From: Takakia lepidozioides
Taxonomy: Eukaryota > Plantae > Bryophyta
DNA: 64,000 nucleotides
Assembly: GCA_030704615.1 (NCBI GenBank)
Contig: CM060734.1
Span: 14,570,001-14,634,000 of the forward strand
Direction: 5' to 3'
In this document: positions 63,340 through 64,000 of the stretch, in pieces
Numbering within the stretch: the first letter of the stretch is position 1
How the letters are laid out: each line of letters begins with the position of its first letter
Made by a program: the position numbers and the translations under genes
The notes under the pieces: model-generated
The model's input: the letters and a program-made list of their open reading frames with translations, nothing else
Databases searched by the model: none
What the model was told of the DNA's origin: nothing

Positions 63340-64000
63340 TAACGAGGCATTTCAGCAGATTCAGATACGTATGTCTGTCTCTTGCTTAAGTGCATCAAGA
63401 TGAAAGGTTTGGAAGCTGGAAACAGGTGCACACTCACATTATCCAAAGTGGATTCACGCCAAATATTTTTCTACTCAACACCTTTGTCAACATGTATGTT
63501 AAGTGTGGGAGCATCATGGATGCTCGCCAAGTTTTCCACATAGTGCCTCAACAATCTTTGATCACGTGGATATAATGTTGGCAGGATTTACCAAGGATGG
63601 GTGTGGTAGGAATGCTTTGGAGACCTATGAGCAACTGTTGCGCGAAGGGTGAAGCCCAACCACATCATGTTTGTTTGTGTTTGCAATGCGTGTGCAAGGC
63701 TGGGAGCTCTGGAAAAGGGGAAAGAGGTCCATGGTGACATCGTCAAAGCTGGATTTGTACCAGATGTCATTCTGAACATTGCTCTGGTGGACATGTATTC
63801 CAAATGGGTGCATTAAGGATGCGAAGGGAGTTTTCAACACTATGGCTGAACGAGATGTGGTGTCATGGAACGTGGGGGGAACGTGATGCTTGCAGGGTAT
63901 GCACAACAGGGACATGGTATGGAGGCTTTGGAGACCTATGATCAAATATTGATGGGGGAAGGGGTGAAGCCCGACCACATCAAGTTGCAGCATACTGGTA
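63340..64000 (+). pseudogene. PLS-class PPR pseudogene
   Basis: KQVHTHIIQSGFTPNIFLLNTFVNMYVKCGSIMDARQVF; ACARLGALEKGKEVHGDIV; multiple stops and frameshifts. Confidence 0.85.

Noticed and set aside
59400-63340. Possible host-gene or LINE exons
   Set aside because: Short, stop-ridden frames with no motif I can identify.

Overview
Eukaryotic, transposon-dominated (probably heterochromatic) DNA from a non-seed or early-diverging land plant, judged from PLS-type PPR relics, spliceosomal introns, plant Ty3/Gypsy elements and PLE-type RTs. There is no intact host gene. Main contents: (1) a large DNA-transposon-like unit at about 0.5-16 kb. It has a CACTA-like left end, a TnpA/Ptta-like gene, a GCM-like/Mutator-type DDE/SWIM transposase pseudogene, and a divergently transcribed, spliced gene for a ParB/Srx-fold protein. 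Five tandem arrays share the core GGAAATTCGGCGCC (often as a perfect 30-bp palindrome) and occupy the intergenic regions and one intron of the ParB-like gene. This is the best candidate for an undescribed system: a ParB/parS-like or VANC-like TE self-recognition module. (2) Three copies of a 1.73-kb CT-bounded repeat around a two-ORF Penelope-like (Naiad/Chlamys-type) RT element with no visible endonuclease. (3) A second, 5'-truncated transposase of the same family next to a SET-domain gene. (4) A ~181-bp satellite with dimeric higher-order structure. (5) A degenerate non-chromovirus Gypsy and a near-complete chromovirus with both LTRs. (6) LTR, LINE, PPR and MTase-like fragments and a 500-N assembly gap. 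Domain calls come from motif recognition only; no searches were run.
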